From IMG/VR virus record IMGVR_UViG_3300009593_002680: 64,000 bases of DNA. The stretch is one strand, 5' to 3'. The notes under the pieces are model-generated. The model was not told the DNA's origin and did not search any database. It saw nothing but the letters and a program-made list of their open reading frames with translations. Positions within the stretch are counted from its first letter, which is position 1; every line of letters starts with the position of its first letter. This document shows positions 9,393 through 19,689 of this stretch, in pieces. A program made the position numbers and the translations under genes. The DNA comes from a virus.

Positions 9393-10475
9393 ATGTCCTC
9401 TTTAATAGATTACAAATTATTGGAAACACCGACCAAGGGCCTTATTCCTTTAGCAAAAAGGAACAACGAACTTAAACATAACATTACAAATGACTGTACT
9501 ATACCCCATAGGAGTCTAAACATAACAACAAAAGGCGAATGTTTCATAGATAACTGTGAAATGTATTTGCCTTTTGTTATATGTAATATATTAGATTTAG
9601 AACGTTTACAAGATGTTTGGTCAAACCCTTTAGCAAGAGAATTACAGAAAGATGTAGAAGATAAAAAATTTACATGGTGTGCTGTAGAGCATTGTAGAAT
9701 TATGGAAAGGGATTTGCATTGGATAAACAATAAAGGGCAAGAATTTTATAGCATATATGTAAATGTAGATGAAAGTTGCAATCTTGCATGTCCAAGTTGT
9801 AGGACAGATATGATATTGCATACACAAGGTGACGATTATAACAGACAATATGCTTATGCAGAACATGTTGTTAAACTATTACGCAACTTCAAAGAACGAA
9901 CACACATAACTCTTACTGGAAATGGCGATCCTTTAGCAAGTAACATAATGAGACCGCTTGTTACTAACTGGATACCAAATGAAAATCACACAATTACATT
10001 GTTTACAAATGGATTGTTAATGAGTAAACAACTTCCTGACAGTAAAATACTTCCAAACATAAGTGAATTTAAAATTAGTATAGACGCAGGATCTAAAGAA
10101 GTATATGAAATAGTCAGAAGACCGGGTAAATTTGAAAAACTTATAGAAAATTTAGATTGGATGCATGAAAACAAAAACACAGCCGGTTCATTTCAAAAGG
10201 GTTTTCACAAAGAAGGTCCTAATATACACTTTAGATTTGTATGTCAAAAAGCAAATGCACATGACGTTGTTAATTTTGTAAAACTAGCAGAACGTTATGA
10301 TGCTGAATGCTCTATATCTAGATTAGACGATTGGGGAACATTTGATAATTTTGCAGAAGAGGACGTAGTTGACCAATTAGACCATCCGTTAAGGCCCGGA
10401 TTTTTAGAACAAATACGTGAAGTAGTAGATTTACCTTATGTATCTATACCATATAACATAACGAAGTACTTATAA
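9393..10475 (+). CDS. Radical SAM protein with N-terminal SPASM/twitch-like Cys region
   Basis: CNLACPSC (CxxxCxxC), GNGDPL, FTNG, ISIDAG. Confidence 0.88.
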   Translation: MSSLIDYKLLETPTKGLIPLAKRNNELKHNITNDCTIPHRSLNITTKGECFIDNCEMYLPFVICNILDLERLQDVWSNPLARELQKDVEDKKFTWCAVEHCRIMERDLHWINNKGQEFYSIYVNVDESCNLACPSCRTDMILHTQGDDYNRQYAYAEHVVKLLRNFKERTHITLTGNGDPLASNIMRPLVTNWIPNENHTITLFTNGLLMSKQLPDSKILPNISEFKISIDAGSKEVYEIVRRPGKFEKLIENLDWMHENKNTAGSFQKGFHKEGPNIHFRFVCQKANAHDVVNFVKLAERYDAECSISRLDDWGTFDNFAEEDVVDQLDHPLRPGFLEQIREVVDLPYVSIPYNITKYL

Positions 10476-10493
10476 CATAGTATAAATAGCAGT

Positions 10494-10991
10494 ATGACCA
10501 AAAAATTAGAAGAAGAATTTAATTTACCACCAATGGAAGAAGCAACTGCAAAAGAAAATGCAGATGCGACAGAGAAATTTGATGTACAAGAAGTTACGCA
10601 AGTAGATATAGAAGATGTTCAAACAGCATTAAGTAATGCAGAAAAAATAGACCTTGCATTAAAAAATGTAAAAGGGTTAGATGAACATGATGAAGAAATG
10701 GATGACATTGGACAACAAGCAATTGACAGTTATCAACAGTTAATGAACTTAGGTATGAATGTTGGAGACAGAGAAGCAGGTAGTATTTTTGATAGTGCCG
10801 CCAAAATGTTAAAGACAGCCTTAGAAGCCAAAGAGAGTAAAATCGATACTAAATTAAAACAAATTGATTTAATGATTAAAAAAGGCAGACTGGATAACAA
10901 CACACAATCAGCAAGTAATACTGCAAGTGGTGGCCCTGCAGTAGATAGAAACGAACTACTTAAAATCATCAACTCTGATAAAAAAGAATAA
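10494..10991 (+). CDS. Terminase small subunit (gp16-like)
   Basis: Helical ...AAKMLKTALEAK...KLKQIDL pattern; exact TATAAATA at 10481; lies upstream of TerL. Confidence 0.65.
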   Translation: MTKKLEEEFNLPPMEEATAKENADATEKFDVQEVTQVDIEDVQTALSNAEKIDLALKNVKGLDEHDEEMDDIGQQAIDSYQQLMNLGMNVGDREAGSIFDSAAKMLKTALEAKESKIDTKLKQIDLMIKKGRLDNNTQSASNTASGGPAVDRNELLKIINSDKKE

Positions 10992-11035
10992 TTTTACCTT
11001 ATTTTGATAAATAAGTACATACGGAGTTATTAACA

Positions 11036-11740
11036 ATGAGAGAACTTAAAGACATTATAACCGAATCATTCAACAAAGAATACGGTTATAGAATTAAACT
11101 AGCAAGAGACTGTTCAGCAGATGACTTATCTAAGTTAGAAAATGCTTTGCAAAAGTATAACCTTGTTAGTGCTACACCTTGGAAAAGGTTACCAATACAA
11201 GAAAACCCAATTGAGTTTAAAAGACTTAAAGGTTTAAACACTACATCTGAAGTTTGTAGTACTGATGTTATTTTAAAATACCCAGTCAACGAAAGAATTT
11301 TAGAAGTATATGTAGCAGTTGCTTGTGGTTGTGACCATGAACGTGTTATTGTTATGGGTGTAGACAGTCCAAAAAGAATCGAAAGTGAAATGGCTGAAGA
11401 AAGACTTGCTAATGATAAAGATAGACAAGTAGAAGTTCCAGAAGCAATTTTAGATGAAGTAGATAGTTCCGCAGACCAAGAGCATTACGAAGCACAACAA
11501 GAAGGTGTTAGTGATGGTCCATTATTTGGTGAAGAATACAATGCTAAATTCTTAGCAGAGTTAGAAAAAATCAAAGCAGAAAAAGGCGCAGATTACTTCC
11601 GTAACTATCCTAGTAAAGATGGTATAATGGGAGATGATTTAGCCGCGATGCATGATACAATAACTGGTAAAGCACACGGTGGATTGGCACCAGAGGCTAA
11701 ACAAGTTGATGTAATATCACAAAGTTCTAGAAGAAACTAA
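11036..11740 (+). CDS. Putative virion/head protein
   Basis: MRELKDIITES N-terminus; late promoter at 11006. Confidence 0.55.
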   Translation: MRELKDIITESFNKEYGYRIKLARDCSADDLSKLENALQKYNLVSATPWKRLPIQENPIEFKRLKGLNTTSEVCSTDVILKYPVNERILEVYVAVACGCDHERVIVMGVDSPKRIESEMAEERLANDKDRQVEVPEAILDEVDSSADQEHYEAQQEGVSDGPLFGEEYNAKFLAELEKIKAEKGADYFRNYPSKDGIMGDDLAAMHDTITGKAHGGLAPEAKQVDVISQSSRRN

Positions 11741-12018
11741 TGGCAGAACTAAAGTTGGGAATAGATGAACTTCAACATTTGCTAAAACTAGCAGGTGTAC
11801 AAGGCCCAGAACAACATGATGATGAGCCTGAAGCACCATGTGATTCAGAAGAAGAGCCTAAAGTAATTGCAATAGACGTAGATGACGAAGATGGCGATTC
11901 TGCTATGCAATTTCCTAAGACAGATGTTAATCCTGATGCATCAATGACCACTGATAAAGAAGTCTTAACTAGCATTATTAGAGACAGACTTAAAGATTAT
12001 CTCCGCAATAGTAAATAA
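11740..12018 (+). CDS. Small acidic hypothetical protein
   Basis: LLKLAGV motif; coupled to the previous ORF. Confidence 0.55.
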   Translation: MAELKLGIDELQHLLKLAGVQGPEQHDDEPEAPCDSEEEPKVIAIDVDDEDGDSAMQFPKTDVNPDASMTTDKEVLTSIIRDRLKDYLRNSK

Positions 12019-12046
12019 TCCCCTTTAATACTCGATAAATACTGTT

Positions 12047-13645
12047 ATGCCAAAAGGAACAGTTAATACTGAGTTAGTAAAACAAGCATACTCTAAAATA
12101 CCGTATGATTCAGAAATGCTGAAAGAATTTCAAGCATGTTGTGATCCTAATGACGGTCCAATGCATTTTATGAAGAAGTTTGTACGCATTCAACACCCTA
12201 CAAAAGGTGGTATTGACTTTGAGCCTTTTGATTATCAAGAAGATTTAATTGTAAACTACAACAATAACAGATATAGTATTAATATGCTAGGCAGACAGAT
12301 GGGTAAAACTACTGTAGCCGCCGGATATTTGCTATGGTTTGCTATGTTTAAACCTGACAGCACAATATTAGTTGCGGCTCATAAGGCGGCAGGTGCTCAA
12401 GAAATTATGCAACGTATTAGATATGCATATGAAAGCATACCAAACCATATCAGAGCAGGAGTAGTAGAATACAACAAAGGTAGTATTACATTTGATAACG
12501 GAAGTAGGATTGTAGCAAGTACAACTACTGAAAATACTGGTCGTGGTATGTCGCTTACATTAGTGTACTTAGATGAGTTTGCGTTCGTACCACCTAGAAT
12601 AGCCAAAGAGTTTTGGACTTCATTATCACCAACATTAGCAACAGGTGGTAAATGTATTGTTACTAGTACACCAAATAGTGATGACGATACATTTGCTGGT
12701 ATATGGAATCAAGCAATTAAAACTGTAGACGAATATGGTAATGAACAAGACGTTGGTATAAATGGATTTAAAGGCTATATGGCTAAATGGAATCAACATC
12801 CTGATAGAGATGATGAATGGGCCACAGAAGAAATGAGCAGGATTGGTGAAGAACGTTTTAGAAGAGAACATGAATGTGAATTTATCATTTACAATGAAAC
12901 ATTAATAGATGCATTATTATTGGCTAATATGAAGCACACAGACACCTTGTATAAAACAGGACAAGTTCGTTGGTACAAAAGGCCCACTGCAGATAAAATG
13001 TATGTATTAGCATTAGATCCTAGTGCAGGAACAGGCGGAGATAACTCTGCAATACAAGTTATTGAATTACCTACAATGGTACAAGTAGCAGAATGGTGTC
13101 ATAATAAAACTCCTATTGAAGGGCAAATAAGAGTAATGTTAGACATATTAAAAGAATTAAAACAATATGGTTCTAAAGAATTATATTGGACAGTAGAGAA
13201 TAACAGTATTGGTGAAGCCGCACTTGTTGTAATTAGAGATACAGGCGAAGAACAATTCCCAGGAACATTTTTACATGATCCTGTTAAAGTTCAAGGCAAA
13301 AGAGGTCGTAAAGGATTCCATACAAGCAGTAAAACAAAAATTGACGGCTGTTTAGCACTTAAACGTTTTATAGAACAAAACAAATTAAAAGTTTACAGTA
13401 AAGCATTTTTAAGTGAACTAAAAAACTTTGTTGCACGTGGTAATAGTTTTGCAGGACAACCAGGTGAAAGCGATGACTTGGTTATGAGTATGGTAATTGC
13501 ATGTAGAATGATTAATTACATTAGTACATTTGAAGATGATATATTTACAGTAGTAAATCAAAACATTGGAGATGGTACAGGACCTAGTGATGACGATGGT
13601 CCTTTAGATGAATACGATGAACCCATGCCCGTTGGATTGCTATAA
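12047..13645 (+). CDS. Terminase large subunit (gp17-like)
   Basis: GRQMGKT Walker A, VYLDEFAF Walker B, TSTPN, LDPSAG nuclease, DDLVMS. Confidence 0.97.
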   Translation: MPKGTVNTELVKQAYSKIPYDSEMLKEFQACCDPNDGPMHFMKKFVRIQHPTKGGIDFEPFDYQEDLIVNYNNNRYSINMLGRQMGKTTVAAGYLLWFAMFKPDSTILVAAHKAAGAQEIMQRIRYAYESIPNHIRAGVVEYNKGSITFDNGSRIVASTTTENTGRGMSLTLVYLDEFAFVPPRIAKEFWTSLSPTLATGGKCIVTSTPNSDDDTFAGIWNQAIKTVDEYGNEQDVGINGFKGYMAKWNQHPDRDDEWATEEMSRIGEERFRREHECEFIIYNETLIDALLLANMKHTDTLYKTGQVRWYKRPTADKMYVLALDPSAGTGGDNSAIQVIELPTMVQVAEWCHNKTPIEGQIRVMLDILKELKQYGSKELYWTVENNSIGEAALVVIRDTGEEQFPGTFLHDPVKVQGKRGRKGFHTSSKTKIDGCLALKRFIEQNKLKVYSKAFLSELKNFVARGNSFAGQPGESDDLVMSMVIACRMINYISTFEDDIFTVVNQNIGDGTGPSDDDGPLDEYDEPMPVGLL

Positions 13646-13691
13646 AATCATTGTTAAATGATAAATACATACATAACGGAGATACAGACTA

Positions 13692-15316
13692 ATGTTAGTA
13701 GAAGCAACAAGTGTAAAAACAGTAGCAGATAGAGTTTTTAATCTATTAAAAGGTTACGGTTTTCAAATAGACACTTATAATAAAGCAGGTGAAGTTGTTG
13801 GTGACCCAGCAGATGCTATTAGATTTTTTGTTGAAGATCCTAACTTACTTGTTACACTTAATGTACCAAGAGAAGAAATACGTTTAAGCATTAGTGATAA
13901 CTCTGACCAAACTGATACATTAAGAAGTCAATTAGACGAAATTGCAAAAGATTACTTAATGATGCTTGACTTTAGAGTATTTGGAAAAACATTAAAACCA
14001 AGTAGTGAAGCAATAAACATTAGAAGAGATGAAGACATGAAAGAACATAATGAAATGAGAAAACTAGCAGGACTAGAACCTATTAATGAAGAAAGAACAG
14101 TAGTTGGTTGTAACGATGACCAATCATTGTATATCTTTTTAAATAACGGAATGGTTGACTTAGGTAAAACTGAAGAAGAGATTGCTTCAAAATTACATGA
14201 ACTAGGTGACGTAATAGATTTTGATGATATGTATTACAGTTCAAGCATGGACTTTGCAGAAGAATGTGGTTTTAAAAATGACGATGCGGCTAAAGAACTA
14301 ATGGACAAAGCAATAGAACTTTATGGTGAAATGAGAAGTGGTGCAGTAAGAGAATCAACACAAGAAAACGTTGAAGAAGTTGAAGAAGAAGTTGAAGAAA
14401 CTATTGTTGAAGCAAGTTTAGGTTCTATGAGAGGAAGTATTAAAACAAGTAATCAACCATTGGGCTCAACAAAGATTATTGTTAAGCATTCTAAACCAGT
14501 AAACGAAGAAGTACGTGGTTCAAGAAGTAGAAACATACAAAAGATATTCATTGAGAATAATGAAGAAAGATTCTTATTCCCAAGCAAAAATTTAACGGTG
14601 CTAGAGCAATGGCAAGGCACTTATACAACGGTGGCGTAATGCATGATACAGTAGGTGAAAGCATTGTTGCTATGTGTACTGAATTAAAAACATTAAAAGA
14701 ATTCGCAAACTATGTTAAGAAGCAAGGTCTTATAAATGAAGAAAACAACGACTATGTCGAACTTGCTAAACAACATATTAATACAATTAAAGAAACATTT
14801 AAAAAATTAAGTGGTGTAAAAACTTATAGTAAAGCAGTAGAGAGTTTAAAAGACATGAACAATATTGATATTGTTAATGAAGTAAACTTAGAAGACCACT
14901 TTACTGAAACACACTTTGATAACAAAGTGGGTAATGCACATGAAACATTAAGCAAGTTAGTAAACAAGCAAACTGCATTTGAAAGTATGATTATGAAAAC
15001 AATTGAATCAGAAAACTTTGCAGGTGTTAAAGAACTTATTAGTGAAGATCCTTTAGACTTTGCTACACCAGAAGCAAAACTAGGACATCAAGTATCACAG
15101 TTAGGTGCTACTGCTACAAATCCACAACTTGCAAATTACTTAGGTAGTATTAGTAATAAGTTAAGTAATGGTGGACAAATGAATCAATTTGAATATAGAG
15201 CAGTTAAGGCTTCTCTACTTTCTGCACAACGTCCTGAACAAGCACAAATGGCAGAAACAGTAACAGAAGAAGAGAAATACACCAAATTTATAGAGAGTTT
15301 TGTAGAAGAAGAATAA
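13692..15316 (+). CDS. Virion structural protein, apparently one gene split by a 1-nt frameshift near 14595 (track ORFs 13692..14639 and 14609..15316)
   Basis: ERFLFPSKNL continues in the next frame as GARAMARHLYNGG; sequence aat tta ac ggt gct aga gca atg is one base short. Confidence 0.6.
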
Positions 15317-15363
15317 ATACTATTATAACAAGACAACGGTTATTGTCGAAAGACAAAAAAAGG

Positions 15364-15392
15364 TTGACAACATGGCACAAAGAATATAAACT
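15364..15392 (+). promoter_or_regulatory. sigma70-like promoter for the SSB-UvsX-UvsY operon
   Basis: TTGACA-17-TAAACT. Confidence 0.65.
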
Positions 15393-15458
15393 TAGGCATT
15401 AGTAATACATAAACACAGACAGTATTACAAACATGGCACATACATAGGAGAAATTATT

Positions 15459-16457
15459 ATGGCATCTTTGGCAGAAATAAGGGCTAAATTGGCAAGCATG
15501 GAGAACAACAGAAGTTCTAGCCAATCATCAACAGGCGGCGACAACGCCATTTATCCACACTGGAATATCGACGAAGGAACATCAGCAGTCCTCAGGTTCT
15601 TACCTGACGCAGACGTTGATAACACATTCTTTTGGCAAGAAAGACAAATGATTAGACTTTCTTTTCCAGGTGTAAAAGGCGGTGACAGTAAACCTGTTAC
15701 AGTACAAGTACCTTGTGCAGAAATGTACGGCGATACTTGTCCAGTACTAACTGAGGTTCGTCCTTGGTTTAAAGACGCAAGTCTAGAAGACATGGGTCGT
15801 AAGTATTGGAAAAAAAGAAGTTACATATTCCAAGGATTTGTAATTGAAAACCCACTTAACGAAACAGCACCTGAAAACCCAATCAGACGTTTTGTTATTT
15901 CCCCACAAATCTTTAACATTATTAAATCAGCATTAATGGACCCAGACATGGAAAACATTCCTACTGATTATGTTAATGGTACAGACTTTAGGGTAACTAA
16001 AACAACCAAAGGTCAATATGCAGATTATTCTACATCTAAATGGATGCGTAAAGAACGTGCATTAGATGAAACAGAATTAGCATCTGTTGACACAAATGGT
16101 TTATACACATTATCAGACTTTTTACCAAAAAGACCTGGTGAAGAAGAACTTAACGCAATTAGCGAAATGTTCCAAGCATCAGTTGACGGTGAGTTATATG
16201 ATGTGGAAAGATGGGGTAACTTCTACAAGCCTTACGGCGTAGATGCTCCAGCAAGTAGTAGTGCAAAACCAGCCACAACGGCTCCTGCACAACCAGTTGC
16301 TGAAACTAAAGCACCAGAAGTTACTAATGAACCTAAGGCAGAAGCACCTGCTCCTGCACCGGCTACGGAAGAAGCACCTGCTCCTGCAACAGCAGAAGCA
16401 AGTGGTGAAAAACCTAGTGCTGATGATATTTTAAATATGATCCGTAACCGTTCTTAA
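15459..16457 (+). CDS. Single-stranded DNA-binding protein (gp32-like)
   Basis: LRFLPD, VPC...CPV, YWKKRSY, GTDF...K...Y.DY..SKW; acidic Pro/Ala tail ending DDILNMIRNR. Confidence 0.93.
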   Translation: MASLAEIRAKLASMENNRSSSQSSTGGDNAIYPHWNIDEGTSAVLRFLPDADVDNTFFWQERQMIRLSFPGVKGGDSKPVTVQVPCAEMYGDTCPVLTEVRPWFKDASLEDMGRKYWKKRSYIFQGFVIENPLNETAPENPIRRFVISPQIFNIIKSALMDPDMENIPTDYVNGTDFRVTKTTKGQYADYSTSKWMRKERALDETELASVDTNGLYTLSDFLPKRPGEEELNAISEMFQASVDGELYDVERWGNFYKPYGVDAPASSSAKPATTAPAQPVAETKAPEVTNEPKAEAPAPAPATEEAPAPATAEASGEKPSADDILNMIRNRS

Positions 16458-16466
16458 GGAGACATC

Positions 16467-17576
16467 ATGCAGAAACCATTTGACTTAACCAAGTTCCGAA
16501 CAGGATTGACTAAAAGCATCACTGGAATAAGTGCTGGCTTTCATGACCCACAGGATTGGATATCAACTGGTAACTACACTCTAAATTACTTAATAAGTGG
16601 GGACTTCCAAAAAGGAGTTCCCCTTGGTAAGGTGAGTGTGTTTGCTGGAGAATCTGGTTCGGGTAAAAGTTTTATCTGTTCAGGTAATTTAGTGCGTAAT
16701 GCACAAAAACAAGGCTGTCAGGTTGTATTATTTGACAGTGAAAATGCACTTGATGAAGATTGGCTACAAGCATTAGATGTAGACACTAGTCCAGAAGCAC
16801 TTCTGAAAATTAGTGTTAGCATGATAGATGATGTTGCTAAAACAATCAGTGATTTTGTAAAAGACTATAAAACTAACTATGGTGACTTACCATATGAAGA
16901 ACAACCTAAAATGCTATTTGTAGTAGATAGTTTAGGTATGTTACTTACACCAACAGACGTAGCACAATTTGAAAAAGGTGATATGAAAGGTGATATGGGT
17001 AGAAAACCAAAGGCATTAACTGCCCTAGTTAGGAATACAGTTAATCAATTAGCACCACACCCGATTGGTCTAATTGCAACAAACCATACTTATGCATCAC
17101 AAGACATGTTTGACCCTGATGATAAAATATCAGGCGGACAAGGTTTTATATATGCAAGTAGTATAGTAGTTGCTATGAAAAAACTAAAACTTAAGGAAGA
17201 CATTGACGGCAACAAAGTGTCTACAGTACAAGGTATTAGAGCGGCTTGTAAAGTAATGAAAACTCGTTACAGTAAACCGTTTGAAAGTGTTCAAGTAAAA
17301 ATCCCATACGAAGAAGGTATGGACCCATATAGTGGGCTCCTAGAAATGCTTGAAGCAAAAGGTATTGTAGAAAAAGTTGGCAATAAACTTTCTTATATCT
17401 CACCTGTAACTGGCGAAGAAATTAAAGAGTTCAGAAAAGGCTGGAGTGGAGACAAACTTCAGGTAATTATGGATGAGTGGAGTCATATTGCAGAACCTGT
17501 TGAAGAAGAGGATCTTGTAGATGATGAAACATTAATTGACGAACCTACACTTGAGGAGTTAAAAGATGAATCCTGA
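16467..17576 (+). CDS. uvsX: RecA-like recombinase UvsX
   Basis: GESGSGKS, FDSENA, VVDSLG, NHTY, SGGQG. Confidence 0.95.
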   Translation: MQKPFDLTKFRTGLTKSITGISAGFHDPQDWISTGNYTLNYLISGDFQKGVPLGKVSVFAGESGSGKSFICSGNLVRNAQKQGCQVVLFDSENALDEDWLQALDVDTSPEALLKISVSMIDDVAKTISDFVKDYKTNYGDLPYEEQPKMLFVVDSLGMLLTPTDVAQFEKGDMKGDMGRKPKALTALVRNTVNQLAPHPIGLIATNHTYASQDMFDPDDKISGGQGFIYASSIVVAMKKLKLKEDIDGNKVSTVQGIRAACKVMKTRYSKPFESVQVKIPYEEGMDPYSGLLEMLEAKGIVEKVGNKLSYISPVTGEEIKEFRKGWSGDKLQVIMDEWSHIAEPVEEEDLVDDETLIDEPTLEELKDES

Positions 17577-17799
17577 AATACAACTATTAATTAGTATATG
17601 GGACTCTATGAAAAACTATATCCAAAAGAAGGATAGAGTTGAAGCCGCAGAACACCTTGTTCGTGTATTTGACGAAGAAAGTGATATGAACGGTATAGAG
17701 GAAGAAGCCCATACTTTTGATGGCGCCTTAAAAACCGCTGTAGTCGGACATTACGGCTTCGGTGAAAATGAGGACGACTTTGAGGAAGATTGGGATTAA
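17566..17799 (+). CDS. Hypothetical protein
   Basis: 77-aa acidic ORF coupled between uvsX and uvsY. Confidence 0.6.
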   Translation: MNPEIQLLISIWDSMKNYIQKKDRVEAAEHLVRVFDEESDMNGIEEEAHTFDGALKTAVVGHYGFGENEDDFEEDWD

Positions 17800-17802
17800 A
17801 TT

Positions 17803-18264
17803 ATGGCTGGTTGGTATAACTCTGTAGTAGAAGATTTAGGCAAAATTGTTGACTCTATTGACCACTACGAAAAAGAATTAGAAGAAGCCAAATACGAATG
17901 CAGTATTAAGGGTAGCCTAGAGAAATCTAGTGCCGCCCTTCCAGGCATTACTGAACATCGATTTAATCAATTACAAGAGATTGAAGCAATACTAGAACAT
18001 CTAAATATTGAACTAAGAAAAGAACGTTCAAAAACATTCAGAAAATTCTTAGAATCTTACAACAGACAGTTAAGTAGTAGAGACGCAGAAAAGTTTGTTG
18101 ATAGTGAACCTAGTGTTATTAACCTAACACACCTTTGCAATCAATACAGTCTACTCAGAAATAAGTATCTGGGTATTATGAAAGGACTTGATACAAAACA
18201 ATGGCAAATAGGTCACATAACAAGACTAAGAACAGCAGGAATGGAAGACATTGTAATACAATAG
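17803..18264 (+). CDS. uvsY: Recombination mediator UvsY
   Basis: Coiled-coil; LSSRDAEKFVD, RNKYLGIMKGLDTKQWQI..I.RLRTAGMED. Confidence 0.85.
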   Translation: MAGWYNSVVEDLGKIVDSIDHYEKELEEAKYECSIKGSLEKSSAALPGITEHRFNQLQEIEAILEHLNIELRKERSKTFRKFLESYNRQLSSRDAEKFVDSEPSVINLTHLCNQYSLLRNKYLGIMKGLDTKQWQIGHITRLRTAGMEDIVIQ

Positions 18265-18356
18265 CATCTTCCAAATCAATAACTTACAAAAAGGTTGACA
18301 AAGCCACAATAGATGCTAATATAAGCACCATATCTAACTGGGTAGGGAATCAGGAT

Positions 18357-18782
18357 ATGATTCATGTTCAAATACATGGTCAGTTTAAAAACAAAAAATT
18401 TGTAGAAAAAGTCTCAGAACTACTATTAGAAAACATTGTTCCAACACGATTAAGACGTTATGTAGAAGTAGACGTTTGGATACAAACTGTATGTGAAGAA
18501 CAAGTAGGTGGTTACTGTTGGGGAGATAAAAAGTCTATAGACATTGAAGTTGCAAGAACTTCAGAAGGTGAACACTATACAAGGGACGAAATGTTAATGA
18601 ACTTAACACATGAATTAATTCATGCTAAACAGTTTATTACAGGAGAACTATCTCCTTCTAGTATGAGATGGAAAAAAGCAGATTATTCCAAAGTTCCGTA
18701 TAGTCATCAACCGTGGGAACGTGAAGCATACCGTTGGGAAAAACGTCTTTACGAGAAATACTTCCAAAAACTTAATGCATAA
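18357..18782 (+). CDS. Zincin-like metallopeptidase domain protein
   Basis: HELIHAKQ (HExxH) and PWEREAY; start re-called at ATG 18357 after aggat RBS and TTGACA at 18295. Confidence 0.7.
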   Translation: MIHVQIHGQFKNKKFVEKVSELLLENIVPTRLRRYVEVDVWIQTVCEEQVGGYCWGDKKSIDIEVARTSEGEHYTRDEMLMNLTHELIHAKQFITGELSPSSMRWKKADYSKVPYSHQPWEREAYRWEKRLYEKYFQKLNA

Positions 18783-18845
18783 TTAGGTTGACATTTACCA
18801 GATTTTTTAGTATTATTATATTACTTTTATTTTTTAGGAGACAAT

Positions 18846-19025
18846 ATGAGTAATGTAAACGGTGTTTTTGTATATGATGAGAGCATGTCTTTCAACGAAA
18901 ATTTTTCAGTATGGTTCGATATGAACACTTACGAAAGAAGTGCATATGGTGAAGAACCATATTCAAAAGAAGAAGGATTTGCTGTTTTTTCAGGAATATT
19001 TGAAGTAAACAATACCAATTCTTAG
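18846..19025 (+). CDS. Small hypothetical protein (59 aa; not in ORF track)
   Basis: aggag RBS; TTGACA-17-TATTAT promoter at 18788-18816; MSNVNGVFVYDESMSFNENFSVWF... Confidence 0.65.
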   Translation: MSNVNGVFVYDESMSFNENFSVWFDMNTYERSAYGEEPYSKEEGFAVFSGIFEVNNTNS

Positions 19026-19034
19026 GAGATACTT

Positions 19035-19574
19035 ATGACCACCCATGCAATGATTGATATCGAAACTTTGGCTACAACGCCAGAAGCAGTAGTATTAAGT
19101 GTGGGTGGTGTAAAGTTCGATCCTTACACAAATGAAGAGCCACACACATTCTTAGACTTTAAATTAGACATTGATGAGCAAACAAACTTACACAGAGATG
19201 TAGATGATGGTACTATGGAATGGTGGGCAAAACAACCAAAACATATTCAGGATATTGCCTTTGCAGAAGAGGGCAGAACTCCACTAAATGAATTCACAAA
19301 ATCGCTTAATAAATGGCTAGTTGGGTGTGACCAAATATGGTGCCAAGGCCCACAATTTGATATGGTCATTATTGAGAATCTATATAAAATGCTAAACACC
19401 CACACAAATTGGGCATATTGGCAAATCAGAGATAGCAGAACTGTATTCAGCATGATGGATGTAGACCCTAGAAAAGGCATTCAAGAAGACCTACATAGTG
19501 CTGTAGATGATGCAAAATGGCAGGCAAAATGTTTACAAACCTGCTTTTTCATGCTAAACATCAAAAAAGATTAA
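19035..19574 (+). CDS. DEDDh 3'-5' exonuclease (DexA/Rv2179c-like)
   Basis: MIDIETL, W..GP.FD, RDSRT, HSAVDDA. Confidence 0.88.
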   Translation: MTTHAMIDIETLATTPEAVVLSVGGVKFDPYTNEEPHTFLDFKLDIDEQTNLHRDVDDGTMEWWAKQPKHIQDIAFAEEGRTPLNEFTKSLNKWLVGCDQIWCQGPQFDMVIIENLYKMLNTHTNWAYWQIRDSRTVFSMMDVDPRKGIQEDLHSAVDDAKWQAKCLQTCFFMLNIKKD

Positions 19575-19579
19575 TTTTT

Positions 19580-19631
19580 TTACCAAAAAAAGTGGTAAAA
19601 AGGTTGACTTACACTCAAAAAGAAGTATAAT
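19580..19631 (+). promoter_or_regulatory. sigma70-like promoter with upstream TTACCA-N7-TGGTAA inverted repeat
   Basis: TTGACT-16-TATAAT; the 29 nt ending at TTGAC are identical to 61765-61793. Confidence 0.8.
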
Positions 19632-19689
19632 AGTATATAAGAGTTAGGGAAAGGGTCCTTAACAAAACCATAAAGTCGGGGATGACAAT

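Noticed and set aside
16338-16400. 18-nt direct repeat gaagcacctgctcctgca
   Set aside because: Encodes EAPAPA in the flexible SSB tail; ordinary low-complexity duplication
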